A stretch of DNA of 64,000 nt, from positions 640,001 through 704,000 of the forward strand of contig OZ242318.1 in the NCBI GenBank assembly GCA_965208105.1, given 5' to 3'. How positions within the stretch are numbered: the stretch's first letter is position 1; every line of letters starts with the position of its first letter. The position numbers were made by a program, and so were the translations under genes. Origin of the DNA: Candidatus Latescibacterota bacterium. Its GTDB lineage: Bacteria > Latescibacterota > UBA2968 > UBA8231. The notes below the pieces were generated by a model, which did not search any database, was not told the origin of the DNA, and was given only the letters and a program-made list of their open reading frames with translations. This document shows, one piece after another, positions 8,875-19,097 of the stretch.

Positions 8875-10188
8875 TCACCCCCCACCGGAACCCGGCCACA
8901 GACGCTCGAGCAGATCCACCGACGCCGCGGTGATTTTGCGCCCCGCCCCTTTCTCCAGGCGCGAGGTGTAGACCGTCCGGTGGACTTCGTAGCCATCCTG
9001 GGCAAAGGCGGCCGCGGTGGGTACGTAACCGCAGTATCCGTTGGTCAGCTCCGCCACCAGGGTTACGTCGAAGGGCGAGCGCCGGCGGATCTCCAGGCCG
9101 AACTCCACGAACAACTCGGCGGGGTTGGTGCAGACCGCCACCTCCCCGAATCCAATGGCCTGGATTTCCACCGGACAGGTGGTAGGGCCGAGAGCCCTGA
9201 CCGCCTCCTCCTCCGGGTCGTAGCGGCTGCGGGCGTAAAGCCTGGCCGCTTCATCGGCGCCGCGGCACAAATCCTCACAGAAAGTAGACTCCTCGAAGGG
9301 CCGGTCGGCAATCTCCATGACCTCGCGGCACATGGAGATTCTCTTCACTTTCCGGCGCGCGGCCGCACGGTAGGCCGGGACCAGGCGCGCGGCGATGTCC
9401 ACCCCGATCCGGCGAGCCAGCAGATTGCCATGCAGGGGAGGGGGATCGCCGCCGCACCACATCACGTCCCCGCAGGCCCCCTGCAGGAACGGTGTGGGGA
9501 TTCCGGCGTCCAGGGCGTCCCGCAGGGCGTCACCGGCGCAGCCCCCGAGGTCGCCGTGAAATTCCTCGCCGACGCAGTTGTTGTGGGAAGGGTAGTTCAC
9601 CACGAATGCGATGGGATCTCCCGATGGTTCCTCGAATGCCATGAACCCCATTTCCCCGTCCACCGGCCCCGCCGGCGGCAGTCCGGGGTGCGCCTTCAGA
9701 GGCCAGGTCATCAGGACCGACCCATCGGGGCGCAGCAGGCGCCTGTTGAACTCCCAGCCCGGGGTGAGGCAGGTTCCGGCCACCAGCAGGGCGGGTCGCA
9801 TGCGGAGCTGCGCCTGCGCAACGGCCTCGGCCACCTGGTCCACGAGAAAGTCGAGATAGAGAGGATCGGGACTGGCGCCGCTCAGGAAGGAAGGACAGAT
9901 GGCCGGGGCCGCGTGGGTGTGGGTAGCGGCCACGGCGATCCAGTCGCCGGCAAGGCCGGTTCTGCGCGCACAGGCGTCCCTCATCCTCAACAGCAGGGGG
10001 CGGTCGACGAAGGTCGCGTCGCAGGAGACCAGGGCCCCCTGGCGCCTGCCGTCGCTGAAGACCACGGCGTGGCAGCGCAAAGGACTGCCCTCCCCGCGGC
10101 TCAACCAGACGTGGGTGTAGTTGGGCAGCGGGCGGTCGGGGGTTATGTCGCGCATGGCGGCGCCGGCGCGGAACTCAGCTGTCGGCAT
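8875..10188 (-). CDS. Neutral/alkaline ceramidase-like hydrolase
   Basis: GAAMRDITP, ATHTHAAP, FNRR, FLQGACGD, PAELFVEFG, NGYCGYVPT motifs. Confidence 0.8.
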   Translation of the reverse strand: MPTAEFRAGAAMRDITPDRPLPNYTHVWLSRGEGSPLRCHAVVFSDGRRQGALVSCDATFVDRPLLLRMRDACARRTGLAGDWIAVAATHTHAAPAICPSFLSGASPDPLYLDFLVDQVAEAVAQAQLRMRPALLVAGTCLTPGWEFNRRLLRPDGSVLMTWPLKAHPGLPPAGPVDGEMGFMAFEEPSGDPIAFVVNYPSHNNCVGEEFHGDLGGCAGDALRDALDAGIPTPFLQGACGDVMWCGGDPPPLHGNLLARRIGVDIAARLVPAYRAAARRKVKRISMCREVMEIADRPFEESTFCEDLCRGADEAARLYARSRYDPEEEAVRALGPTTCPVEIQAIGFGEVAVCTNPAELFVEFGLEIRRRSPFDVTLVAELTNGYCGYVPTAAAFAQDGYEVHRTVYTSRLEKGAGRKITAASVDLLERLWPGSGGG

Positions 10189-10286
10189 GGATTCCTCCGT
10201 TGAATCCCCAAGTCCCCTCCCGGCCTGTCCCTGTTCAGGAGCTCACACTGGCCGCGCCTCCCGGGGAGTGAACCTTTCCGTGCAAT

Positions 10287-11588
10287 TCAGCCCCCGGCCT
10301 CCAGGCAGGCGGACAGATGTACTCCCCAGGCGAGCAGGCTTTCGTCGCGGCCGAAAGCCGCCGCGCACTGCAACCCGAGGGGCAGGCCGTTGGACGACCG
10401 TCCCGCAGGCAGGGTGAGCACCGGCACGCCGGCGTGGGTCCAGGGCAGGTTCATCGCCGGGTCCCCGGTGGTTTCCAGACCGGCAGGGGCCGCTCCGGTC
10501 GCCGCCGGACTGATCCACAGGTCGATACCCTCCTCCTGCATTTTCGCCGCCAGGGTGCGGCGCAACTGCAGCCGTCCGGCCAGGCCGCCATGGTACTCCG
10601 CGGCGTCAACCCGCCTGCCCTCTCTCAGGACTCCGGCGCTGCCCTCCCCGTAAAGGTGGCCGTGGGTCTCGAACCAATCCTGGTGAACCTCTGCGAACTC
10701 CCTTTGCACGAGGTGTCCATGGCGCCTGTTGATCTCCTCGATATCCTCCAGCAGGGGTGGGCGGCGCACGACGAAGCCGGCTTCGCGCAGACTCTCCACC
10801 TGTTCCCCGAAAGCCTCCAGCCCGGCAGCCGTTGCCTGCTCCAGGAAGGGTCCCCGCGGCACGCCCAGCACCGGTTTGTCGGCTTCGGTGCGCTGCTTCC
10901 ACCCCGCGCACAGGACCGCTGCGACGCTTCCCATTCCCGCGAGGTCCTGGGTGAACATGCCCACCGTATCCACCGCCGGTGAGAAATCCAACAGCCCTGC
11001 GGTGTCGATCCGCCCCAGACTGGGTTTGAACCCGACGACACCGCAAAAGGCGGCGGGGCGCACGACCGACCCTATGGTCTGGGTGCCCAGGGCGAGGGGA
11101 CAGTAGCCGGCTGCCACCGCCGCCGCCGAACCGCTGCTGGATCCTCCCGGCGTGTGGCCCGGTCGGTGGGGATTTGCGGTGGGGCCGGGATCGAAACCGG
11201 CGAACTCGGTGGTCCTGGTCTTGCCCAGCACCAGGGCTCCTGCCCGGCGCAGGGCGGTGACGCAGGAGGCCTGGGGACCGGCGAGAAGGTGGGGTGGCAG
11301 GCGCGAACCGGCACGGGTCGGGAAGCCGTCCACCCTGATTATGTCCTTCACCCCCACCAGAATTCCATACAGGGGAGGCCGGCCCGCCGGTTCCGGGTGA
11401 CGGGCAACCAGGGCCTCCGCCTCTCTCAGCAGGCGCTCCTTGCGGCCCGGCTCGGGCAGCAGCGCCTGAAGCAGCTCCTCGCAGCGGTCGATCCGATGGC
11501 AGGAGGAGCCGATCTGCCGCTTCAAATCGAGGGCGCCGGCGCGCAACTGGCTCAAGATCGGGGCCAGTGGGACCGGGGAGGTGAACAT
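10287..11588 (-). CDS. Amidase signature family protein
   Basis: VGVKD, GKTRTTEFA, PGGSSSGSAAAVA, GTQTIGSVVRPAAFCG. Likely ATG at 11588. Confidence 0.92.
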   Translation of the reverse strand: MFTSPVPLAPILSQLRAGALDLKRQIGSSCHRIDRCEELLQALLPEPGRKERLLREAEALVARHPEPAGRPPLYGILVGVKDIIRVDGFPTRAGSRLPPHLLAGPQASCVTALRRAGALVLGKTRTTEFAGFDPGPTANPHRPGHTPGGSSSGSAAAVAAGYCPLALGTQTIGSVVRPAAFCGVVGFKPSLGRIDTAGLLDFSPAVDTVGMFTQDLAGMGSVAAVLCAGWKQRTEADKPVLGVPRGPFLEQATAAGLEAFGEQVESLREAGFVVRRPPLLEDIEEINRRHGHLVQREFAEVHQDWFETHGHLYGEGSAGVLREGRRVDAAEYHGGLAGRLQLRRTLAAKMQEEGIDLWISPAATGAAPAGLETTGDPAMNLPWTHAGVPVLTLPAGRSSNGLPLGLQCAAAFGRDESLLAWGVHLSACLEAGG

Positions 11589-11652
11589 GGGCGGCGAAGA
11601 TAGGCATCCTCCCCCGCGGCAACAAGGCCGGCCTCCGTCCCTGCCGCTCATT

Positions 11653-11681
11653 TTGCCGGGCGGGTAGTTGTGCATTATTTT
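11653..11681 (+). promoter_or_regulatory. Possible sigma70 promoter of the mnh operon
   Basis: TTGCCG-N17-TATTTT in the AT-richer divergent intergenic region. Confidence 0.35.
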
Positions 11682-11726
11682 TTACGGGTTCCGATGCCCG
11701 CCGCACAAATTCCCACAGGAGATATT

Positions 11727-12206
11727 GTGCGCTACTTCTTCGGCAGTCCGGTCGTTACCATGGCCGCGGTCTGGCTGTTGTGGTCCGGCCATTACACTGC
11801 TCTTCTCGTCGGCCTCGGACTGTGCTCCTGCGTGCTCGTGGCCGCCGTTTCCGCGCGCATGGGCATCGCCGACGACGAAGGCCATCCGGTTCACCTCCTG
11901 GGGCGCTCGATTCTCTACTGGCCCTGGCTCCTGTGGTCCATCGCCAGGGCCAACGTCGCCGTCGCCCGCTGCATCCTCCACCCCGGGCTACCCATCAGCC
12001 CGACCCTGATCCAGGTCAGGGCCGGCCAGAAAAGCGCCCTGGGGAGGGTCGTCTATGCCAACTCCATCACCCTGACCCCCGGAACGGTCTCGCTCGACGT
12101 CAGCGGGGACCTGATTTCGGTGCACGCCCTGACCCGCGCCAGCGCCGAAGATCTGCTGGGAGGGGCCATGGACCGCCGCGTCGCCGCCATGGAAGGGCGA
12201 TCATGA
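11727..12206 (+). CDS. mnhE: Na+/H+ antiporter subunit E
   Basis: YANSITLTPGT motif. GTG start after GGAG. Confidence 0.92.
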   Translation: MRYFFGSPVVTMAAVWLLWSGHYTALLVGLGLCSCVLVAAVSARMGIADDEGHPVHLLGRSILYWPWLLWSIARANVAVARCILHPGLPISPTLIQVRAGQKSALGRVVYANSITLTPGTVSLDVSGDLISVHALTRASAEDLLGGAMDRRVAAMEGRS

Positions 12207-12493
12207 TGTACGCGGTGGCAACGGCGGCCATCCTCGCCACCATAGTTCTGGCTCTGACCCGGGCGGTCCTCGGCCCCACCGTCTACGACCGCATACTCGC
12301 CCTGAACATGGCGGGCACCAAGACCGTGCTGCTCATCGCCGCGGTGGGTTTCCTCAGCGGCCGGCCGCACTTCCTGGACTTGGCCCTCATCTACGTCTTC
12401 CTCAACTTCATAGGCACCATCGCCGTTCTCAAATACGTCGAATACGGCAACTTCGCCACCGCCGGAGACGAGGGAGGGAAAGGGCGGAAATAG
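12203..12493 (+). CDS. mnhF: Na+/H+ antiporter subunit F
   Basis: GPTVYDRILALN, three TM segments, ATGA overlap with mnhE. Confidence 0.9.
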   Translation: MMYAVATAAILATIVLALTRAVLGPTVYDRILALNMAGTKTVLLIAAVGFLSGRPHFLDLALIYVFLNFIGTIAVLKYVEYGNFATAGDEGGKGRK

Positions 12494-12813
12494 TGGCTCT
12501 GATGGTCGAAATAGCCAGTTGGACCTGCCTCGTCATCGGCTCCTTTTTCTGTATCGTCGGCGGTGTCGGCCTGCTGCGCCTGCCGGACTTCTTCAGCCGC
12601 ATGCACGGAACCGGGGTCAGCGATACCCTGGGCGCCGGATTCATCCTGCTCGGCCTCATGTTCCAGGGCGGGCTAACCCTGGTGACGGTAAAACTGGTCA
12701 TGATCCTTGCCATACTGCTGCTGACCAGCCCCACCGGGTCCCACGCCGTCGCCAAGGGCGCGCGCATGGCGGGTCTGAAACCCCTTCTCAGCCAGGAGAG
12801 CGAAGAACCGTGA
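12493..12813 (+). CDS. mnhG: Na+/H+ antiporter subunit G
   Basis: GLLRLPDFFSRMH, TSPTGSHA motifs. Confidence 0.92.
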   Translation: MALMVEIASWTCLVIGSFFCIVGGVGLLRLPDFFSRMHGTGVSDTLGAGFILLGLMFQGGLTLVTVKLVMILAILLLTSPTGSHAVAKGARMAGLKPLLSQESEEP

Positions 12814-13358
12814 TTGAACTGATCAACGTTCTGCTGCTGGCCTTCATGGCAGTCCTGGCCATCGCCATCGCGCGCCTGCGCAACCTCTTCGCCGCCCTGA
12901 TGCTGAGCAGTTTCTTCAGCATCCTGTGCGCGGCCGTGTTCCTCGTACTGGACGCGGTGGACGTCGCCTTCACCGAGGCGGCGGTAGGCGCCGGCATCGC
13001 CACCGTGCTGGGACTGGGGACCCTGATCCTCACCTCCGCCGAAGAAAGGCCGCCGCCCTCCAGGTCCTGGCTGCCACTCCTCGTGGTCCTGGCCACCGGG
13101 GCGGCGCTGGTCTACGGCACCCTGGACATGCCCCATTACGGCGATCCGAACGCTCCCGTGCACCAGCACGTAGCGCGGCACTACATCGAAAACACCCCCG
13201 CCGAAGTGGGCGTTCCCAACCTGGTGACCGCCGTCCTCGCCAGCTACAGGGGGTACGATACCCTGGGCGAGGTTACGGTGATTTTCACCGCGGGAACGGG
13301 ACTGGCGCTGCTGATCGGCGGCCGGCGCCGGCGGGGCCCCGGCGAGAGGCATCCATGA
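12810..13358 (+). CDS. MnhB-related subunit (DUF4040 plus MnhB N-terminal part)
   Basis: DVAFTEAAVGAG, NLVTAVLASYRGYDTLGE. Confidence 0.88.
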   Translation: MIELINVLLLAFMAVLAIAIARLRNLFAALMLSSFFSILCAAVFLVLDAVDVAFTEAAVGAGIATVLGLGTLILTSAEERPPPSRSWLPLLVVLATGAALVYGTLDMPHYGDPNAPVHQHVARHYIENTPAEVGVPNLVTAVLASYRGYDTLGEVTVIFTAGTGLALLIGGRRRRGPGERHP

Positions 13359-13774
13359 GACACCACATCATCCTCCGGGTCGTCTCCAAGCTCCTCATCC
13401 CCTTCATAATGCTCTTCGCACTCTACGTCCAGTTCCACGGGGACTACGGGCCGGGCGGCGGGTTTCAGGCGGGCGTGATCTTTGCGGCGGCCATCGTGCT
13501 CTACACCATGATCTTCGGCTTCGAGGCAGCGCGCCGCGTAGCCGCCACCGGCCATGTGCAGGCCCTGGGCGCCCTCGGCCTCCTGCTCTATGCGGGGACC
13601 GGGCTGGCGCCCCTCCTCCTGGGAGGAAACTTCCTGGACTACAGCGTCCTGCTCTCCGACCCCCTCCACGGCCAGCACCTGGGCATCTTCCTCATCGAGT
13701 TCGGCGTCGGCGTCACCGTGGCCGCCGCCATGACCTCCGCATTTTTCTGCTTCGTCGGACGGAGCAGGCCGTGA
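13355..13774 (+). CDS. mnhB: Na+/H+ antiporter subunit B
   Basis: HGDYGPGGGFQAG motif. Confidence 0.9.
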   Translation: MRHHIILRVVSKLLIPFIMLFALYVQFHGDYGPGGGFQAGVIFAAAIVLYTMIFGFEAARRVAATGHVQALGALGLLLYAGTGLAPLLLGGNFLDYSVLLSDPLHGQHLGIFLIEFGVGVTVAAAMTSAFFCFVGRSRP

Positions 13775-14127
13775 CCCAGTTTCCAGGCCTGTACAATTAC
13801 TGGATCGTCATCTTCCTGATGATGACCGGGTTCTACATCGTCATGTCCAGCGGCAACCTCATAAAGAAAATCATCGGCCTCAACATCTTTCAGGCCTCTG
13901 TTTTCCTGCTCTACATCAGCATGGGCAAGATCGCCGGAGGAACCGCGCCCATCTTCGCGGCCAGCGCCACCGCCTACTCCAATCCCCTGCCCCACGTGCT
14001 CATTCTCACCGCCATCGTCGTGGGCATCGCCACCACCGCCCTCGCCCTCGGCCTGGTAGTGCGCATCAGGGAAGCCTACGGCACCATCGAGGAGGAAGAG
14101 ATCCACCGGCAGGATGGGGAAACATGA
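13771..14127 (+). CDS. mnhC: Na+/H+ antiporter subunit C
   Basis: NLIKKIIGL, NPLPHVLILTAIVVG. Confidence 0.93.
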   Translation: MTQFPGLYNYWIVIFLMMTGFYIVMSSGNLIKKIIGLNIFQASVFLLYISMGKIAGGTAPIFAASATAYSNPLPHVLILTAIVVGIATTALALGLVVRIREAYGTIEEEEIHRQDGET

Positions 14128-15605
14128 CCGGTGCCCACCTTCCCATCCTCCTGGTGGTCGTCCCCCTGACCGCTGCGCCCATCTGCGTTCTCCTGCGGCG
14201 CTCCCTGCCGGCCCGGCTCTTCGCCCTCGGGGTGGGCTGGAGTGTCCTGGCCATGGCCTCATCCCTGCTCCTGACGGTGCTCGAGAGCGGCCCCGTCTCC
14301 TACGCCCTGGGCGGCTGGGAGGCGCCCTGGGGCATACAGTACCGGGTGGACGAAGCCAATGCCTTCGTACTCCTCGTCGTCTCCCTGGTGGCTGCCCTCG
14401 CCCTGCTGTACGCCCCGGCCAGCGCCGCCGCCGAGTTGCCGCGGATCCGCCACCACCTGTTCTACGCCACCTTTCTCCTCTGCCTGACGGGCCTGCTCGG
14501 CATGGCCGCCACGGGGGACGTGTTCAACGTTTTCGTCTTTCTGGAGATCTCGTCCCTTGCGTCGTATACCCTGATCGGACTGGGAACAGACCGCCGCGCC
14601 CTTACCGCCTCCTACCGCTACCTGATCATGGGAACGGTGGGGGCCACCTTCTTCGTCATAGGCATCGGCCTGCTCTACATGGCGACCGGTACTCTGGACA
14701 TGGTTGACATGGCGTCCCGCCTGCAGAGGGTCGAGCACAGCCGCACCATCCTCGTGGCGCTCGCCTTCCTGAGCGTTGGGCTGAGTCTCAAGCTGGCCCT
14801 TTTTCCTCTGCACCTGTGGCTGCCCAACGCCTACACCTACGCCCCCTCGGCAGTGACGGCCTTCCTGGCGGGAACGGCCACAAAGGTCGCCGCATACGTC
14901 TACATCCGATTCGTCTTCACCATCTTCGGCGGGGATTTCGTCTTCGCCACGATGAAGCTCGACGCCATACTGATTCCCCTGGCCTCCCTGGGAATCCTGG
15001 TGGCTTCGGCGGTAGCGGTCTTCCAGAACAACATCAAGCGCATGCTGGCCTATTCGAGCATCGCCCAGATCGGATACATAATGCTGGGGGTGGGACTGGA
15101 CTCGGTGACAGGGCTGACCGCAAGCATCGTCCACATGCTCAACCACGCCCTGATCAAGGCGGCTCTTTTCTTCTCCGTGGGATCCATCTTCCTGCGCCTG
15201 GGCTCGGTCGAGCTCGAGGACCTGCGCGGACTGGGACGGCGCATGCCCTGGACCATGGCCGCTTTCGTCATCGCCGGCCTGGGCCTCATCGGAGTGCCGC
15301 TTACCGCCGGATTCATCAGCAAGTGGTACCTGGTTCTCGCCGCCCTGGAACAAGGCCGATGGCTCCTGGCCGGGCTCGTCCTGCTGGCCTCGCTGATCGC
15401 CGTGGTCTACCTGTGGCGGGTGGTGGAAACAGCCTATTTTCAGGACGCTCCCGAGCAATCCGCCAGGGTCGCCGAGGCCCCCTTGTCCATGCAGGTTCCG
15501 GTTTGGATCACGGTGGGTGCCATCTTCTATTTCGGGGTCTCGACCTCATTCAGCGCCGGAATCGCCCGCCGCGCGGCGGCCATGCTCGTGGAGGGAACGC
15601 CGTGA
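14124..15605 (+). CDS. mnhD: Na+/H+ antiporter subunit D family
   Basis: DVFNVFVFLE, KLALFPLHLWLPNAY, KRMLAYSS, GFISKW. Confidence 0.92.
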   Translation: MTGAHLPILLVVVPLTAAPICVLLRRSLPARLFALGVGWSVLAMASSLLLTVLESGPVSYALGGWEAPWGIQYRVDEANAFVLLVVSLVAALALLYAPASAAAELPRIRHHLFYATFLLCLTGLLGMAATGDVFNVFVFLEISSLASYTLIGLGTDRRALTASYRYLIMGTVGATFFVIGIGLLYMATGTLDMVDMASRLQRVEHSRTILVALAFLSVGLSLKLALFPLHLWLPNAYTYAPSAVTAFLAGTATKVAAYVYIRFVFTIFGGDFVFATMKLDAILIPLASLGILVASAVAVFQNNIKRMLAYSSIAQIGYIMLGVGLDSVTGLTASIVHMLNHALIKAALFFSVGSIFLRLGSVELEDLRGLGRRMPWTMAAFVIAGLGLIGVPLTAGFISKWYLVLAALEQGRWLLAGLVLLASLIAVVYLWRVVETAYFQDAPEQSARVAEAPLSMQVPVWITVGAIFYFGVSTSFSAGIARRAAAMLVEGTP

Positions 15606-17065
15606 GTCCCAGCGTCGCCATCCTGGCCGCCGTGGCCCTGCCTTTGCTCGCCACGCCGGCCATCGTCCTGCTGGGATCGAGGCCCAACCTGCGCGAGGCC
15701 GCGACACTCGCCTGCGGCGCTCTCACCTTTCTCGCCGTCGCCGCCCTGGCTCCGGCCGTTGTGGGGGGATTAAGGCCCTCAGTGGACCTGTTGGAGGTTA
15801 TGCCCGGGCTGGCGCTGGGCTTCGAGGTCGAACCTCTCGGCCTGCTCTTCGCCCTCGTCGCCGCAGGACTGTGGATCACCACCTCGCTCTACTCCATCGG
15901 CTACATGCGCGGCCACCGCGAGGAAAACCAGACCCGGTTTTTCGCCTTTTTCGCCCTGGCCATAGGGGCGGCGCTGAGCGCGGCCTTCGCCGCCAATCTG
16001 CTCACCCTGTTCGTTTCCTACGAGGTCCTGACCCTCACAACCTATCCCCTGGTCACCCACCACCGGACTCCCGAGGCCAGGAGGAGCGGCAGGATCTACC
16101 TGGGGATCCTGGTGGGCACCTCGATCGGACTGCTTCTACCCGCCCTGGTGTGGACCTGGAACCTGGCGGGCACCCTGGACTTCGCCTCCGGCGGCATTCT
16201 CGCCGGCAAGGCCGATCCGGGCGTCCTCTGGATACTGCTTGCCCTCTACGCCTTCGGTACCGGCAAGGCCGCCCTCATGCCCTTCCACCGCTGGCTGCCG
16301 GCGGCCATGGTGGCGCCGACCCCGGTGAGCGCCCTGCTGCACGCCGTCGCCGTGGTCAAGGCGGGTGTCTTCGCGGTGATGAAAGCTGTCGTCTACGTCT
16401 TCGGCATAGACCTTCTCCACAGCACCGGGTCCAGCATCTGGCTGCTCTACGCCGCCGCGGCCACCATCCTGACAGCTTCGGTCGTGGCCCTGACCAAGGA
16501 CAACCTCAAGGCCCGCCTCGCCTATTCGACCATCAGCCAGCTGGCCTACGTGGTCATGGGGGCGGCGCTGGCAAACGGTTGGGGGATAATTGGCGGAAGC
16601 ATGCACATCGCCATGCACGCGATGGGCAAGATAACCCTGTTCTTCTGCGCCGGCGCCATCAACGTGGCCCTGCACAAAACGGAGGTCAGCGACATGAGCG
16701 GCATCGGCAGGGCCATGCCCCTGACCATGACCGCGTTCGGGCTTGGCGCGCTGAGCGTGATAGGCACTCCTCCCTTCGGGGGCTCCTGGAGCAAATGGTA
16801 CCTTGCCCTGGGGGCCCTGGAAGCGCAGCATCCCCTGTTCGTCGCCGTGCTGGTGATCAGCTCACTGCTCAACATCGCCTACCTCATGCCCGTGGTTGCG
16901 CGGGCTTTCTTCGCGCCACCTGGGTACCCGGACGCCTGTCAGGGCATCAGGGAAGCGCCCATCCTGTGCCTCGCGCCCCTGTGCCTCACGGCTGCGGCAT
17001 GCCTGGGGCTGTTCTTCTACGCCGATGCCATCTACCACTTCTTGACCCCGATCGCCCTGCCTTGA
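15602..17065 (+). CDS. mnhD: Na+/H+ antiporter subunit D family (second paralog)
   Basis: KAALMPFHRWLPAAMVAPTPVSALLHAVAVVKAG, KARLAYSTISQ. GTG start overlapping the previous stop. Confidence 0.9.
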   Translation: MSPSVAILAAVALPLLATPAIVLLGSRPNLREAATLACGALTFLAVAALAPAVVGGLRPSVDLLEVMPGLALGFEVEPLGLLFALVAAGLWITTSLYSIGYMRGHREENQTRFFAFFALAIGAALSAAFAANLLTLFVSYEVLTLTTYPLVTHHRTPEARRSGRIYLGILVGTSIGLLLPALVWTWNLAGTLDFASGGILAGKADPGVLWILLALYAFGTGKAALMPFHRWLPAAMVAPTPVSALLHAVAVVKAGVFAVMKAVVYVFGIDLLHSTGSSIWLLYAAAATILTASVVALTKDNLKARLAYSTISQLAYVVMGAALANGWGIIGGSMHIAMHAMGKITLFFCAGAINVALHKTEVSDMSGIGRAMPLTMTAFGLGALSVIGTPPFGGSWSKWYLALGALEAQHPLFVAVLVISSLLNIAYLMPVVARAFFAPPGYPDACQGIREAPILCLAPLCLTAAACLGLFFYADAIYHFLTPIALP

Positions 17066-17075
17066 GGACCCAGTC

Positions 17076-17360
17076 ATGAACCAACCCCAGGAAAAGCGGA
17101 ACGACAGACGCCGCGGCCTCGATAATCCAGCCAACGTTACCCGGCTCTTCCACCTTCTCGCGGTCCTCTGCGCCGCCCTCCTCATTTTCGACCTGTTCGA
17201 CCTGAGCGACCTGCTCTACCACAAACACGTCAACTACGAGGTGGAACACTGGTTCGGCTTCTACCCCCTGTTCGGCTTTCTGGCCTACTCCTTCATCGTT
17301 TTCGCCGGCCACCTCTGGCGCCGGGTGGTCATGCGCGGGGAGGACTACTACGGTGACTGA
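17076..17360 (+). CDS. Small two-TM membrane protein within the mnh operon
   Basis: 94 aa, WFGFYPLFGF and MRGEDYY motifs, translationally coupled to the next gene. Confidence 0.75.
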   Translation: MNQPQEKRNDRRRGLDNPANVTRLFHLLAVLCAALLIFDLFDLSDLLYHKHVNYEVEHWFGFYPLFGFLAYSFIVFAGHLWRRVVMRGEDYYGD

Positions 17361-19050
17361 TCTTCCCCCCGGCACCGTCATGATCATGGGAGCGCTACTC
17401 CTTCCCCTGGCGCGCGGGCGCCTGCAGTCCGCCTTCCTGGTGGCCTTGCCCTTTCTCAGCTTCGTCCACCTGCTGCAGTTTTCTCCCGGCATCCATGGCC
17501 GAATCGAGCTGTTCGACTACACCCTCGCCTGCGTCCGCGTCGACAAGCTGAGCCTGGTCTTCGGCTTCATCTTCCACCTAATGGCCATTCTCGGCTGCGT
17601 CTACGCCCTGCACCTGCGGGACCGGGTGCAGCACGGGGCCGGCCTGGTCTACGCCGGCTCGGCCATCGCAGCCGTCTTCGCGGGCGACCTGATCACCCTC
17701 TTCGCGTTCTGGGAGGTGACGGCGGTCTCCTCCGTACTGCTGATCTGGAGCCGGCGCACCGAGCGCGCCTACTCCGCCGGCATGCGCTATCTGATCATCC
17801 AGGTCAGCTCGGGCCTCATCCTCCTGGCGGGAATCCTCCTCCACCACCAGGCCACCGGCTCCCTGGATTTCGTCGATATGGGTGAGCTTGGGCCGCGCAA
17901 TCCCGGGGGCACTCTGATCTTCGCCGCCTTCGCCATCAAGTGCGCCTTCCCGCTGCTGCACAACTGGCTTCAGGACGCCTATCCCGAGGCCACGGTGACC
18001 GGCACCGTGTTTCTCAGCGCCTTCACCACCAAGATGGCGGTCTACGCCCTGGCGCGGGGCTATGCGGGCACAGAGATACTCATTCCCATCGGCGCTGTCA
18101 TGACCGCTTTTCCGGTCTTCTACGCGGTGATAGAAAACGACCTGAGGAGGGTGCTGGCCTACAGTCTGAACAACCAGCTGGGATTCATGGTGGTCGGCAT
18201 CGGGGTGGGAACGCAAATGGGCATCAACGGCGCCGTATCCCACGCCTTCGTGCACATTCTCTACAAGGCCCTGCTGTTCATGTCCATGGGGGCTGTCCTC
18301 TACCGCGTCGGCACCACCAGGGCCTCCGACCTCGGGGGAATCTACAAGTCCATGCCCCTCACCGCGGCCTTCTGCATCGTCGGCGCCGCCTCGATCTCCG
18401 CCTTTCCGCTCTTCAGCGGCTTCGTCACCAAATCGCTGACCCTGGCGGCGACCGCCGATGGAGGCCACACCGCCACCTTCTTCGTCCTGCTCTTCGCATC
18501 CGCGGGGGTGCTGCACCACTCCGGTATCAAGATCCCCTTCTACGGCTTCTTCGGCCGCGACTCGGGAATCCGCTGCAAGGAAGCCCCCCTGAACATGCTG
18601 ATCGCCATGGGCGCCGCCGCCTTCCTGTGCATCGCAATCGGGGTGTACCCCCAGCCGCTCTACGCGCTCCTTCCCTACCCGGTGGAATTCGAGCCCTACA
18701 CCTCGAGCCACGTTGTGACCCAGCTGCAGCTGCTGGCCTTCGCCGTCCTGGCCTTCGCCATCCTGGCGCGGAAGCACCTCGAAAGCGAAGAGATCCCCTG
18801 CACCAACCTGGACGCCGACTGGATCTACCGACGCCTGCTGCCGGCCGCGGTGGGAGCCGTGGAGCGGGCCGGGGCCCCACTGCTGCGCCGTTCCCTTGCC
18901 GCCGCCGATGCCGCGGTCGCCGCCGCCGTTGCCGGGGTGCGCCATCTCCACGGTCCCCAGGGCATCTTCGGACGGACGTGGGTGACGAGCAGCTGCGTTC
19001 TGCTGACGATGATATTTCTCATGTTATACCTGGTTTTCAATCTCGGATAG
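17353..19050 (+). CDS. mnhD: Na+/H+ antiporter subunit D family (third paralog)
   Basis: PLLHNWLQDAYPEA, SAFTTK, LRRVLAYS, GFVTKS. Confidence 0.9.
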   Translation: MTDLPPGTVMIMGALLLPLARGRLQSAFLVALPFLSFVHLLQFSPGIHGRIELFDYTLACVRVDKLSLVFGFIFHLMAILGCVYALHLRDRVQHGAGLVYAGSAIAAVFAGDLITLFAFWEVTAVSSVLLIWSRRTERAYSAGMRYLIIQVSSGLILLAGILLHHQATGSLDFVDMGELGPRNPGGTLIFAAFAIKCAFPLLHNWLQDAYPEATVTGTVFLSAFTTKMAVYALARGYAGTEILIPIGAVMTAFPVFYAVIENDLRRVLAYSLNNQLGFMVVGIGVGTQMGINGAVSHAFVHILYKALLFMSMGAVLYRVGTTRASDLGGIYKSMPLTAAFCIVGAASISAFPLFSGFVTKSLTLAATADGGHTATFFVLLFASAGVLHHSGIKIPFYGFFGRDSGIRCKEAPLNMLIAMGAAAFLCIAIGVYPQPLYALLPYPVEFEPYTSSHVVTQLQLLAFAVLAFAILARKHLESEEIPCTNLDADWIYRRLLPAAVGAVERAGAPLLRRSLAAADAAVAAAVAGVRHLHGPQGIFGRTWVTSSCVLLTMIFLMLYLVFNLG

Positions 19051-19097
19051 TTTCCAAGCTTCCTGCGCACCGGGGCAGGCCCAGGTTCGGGCAGGAA

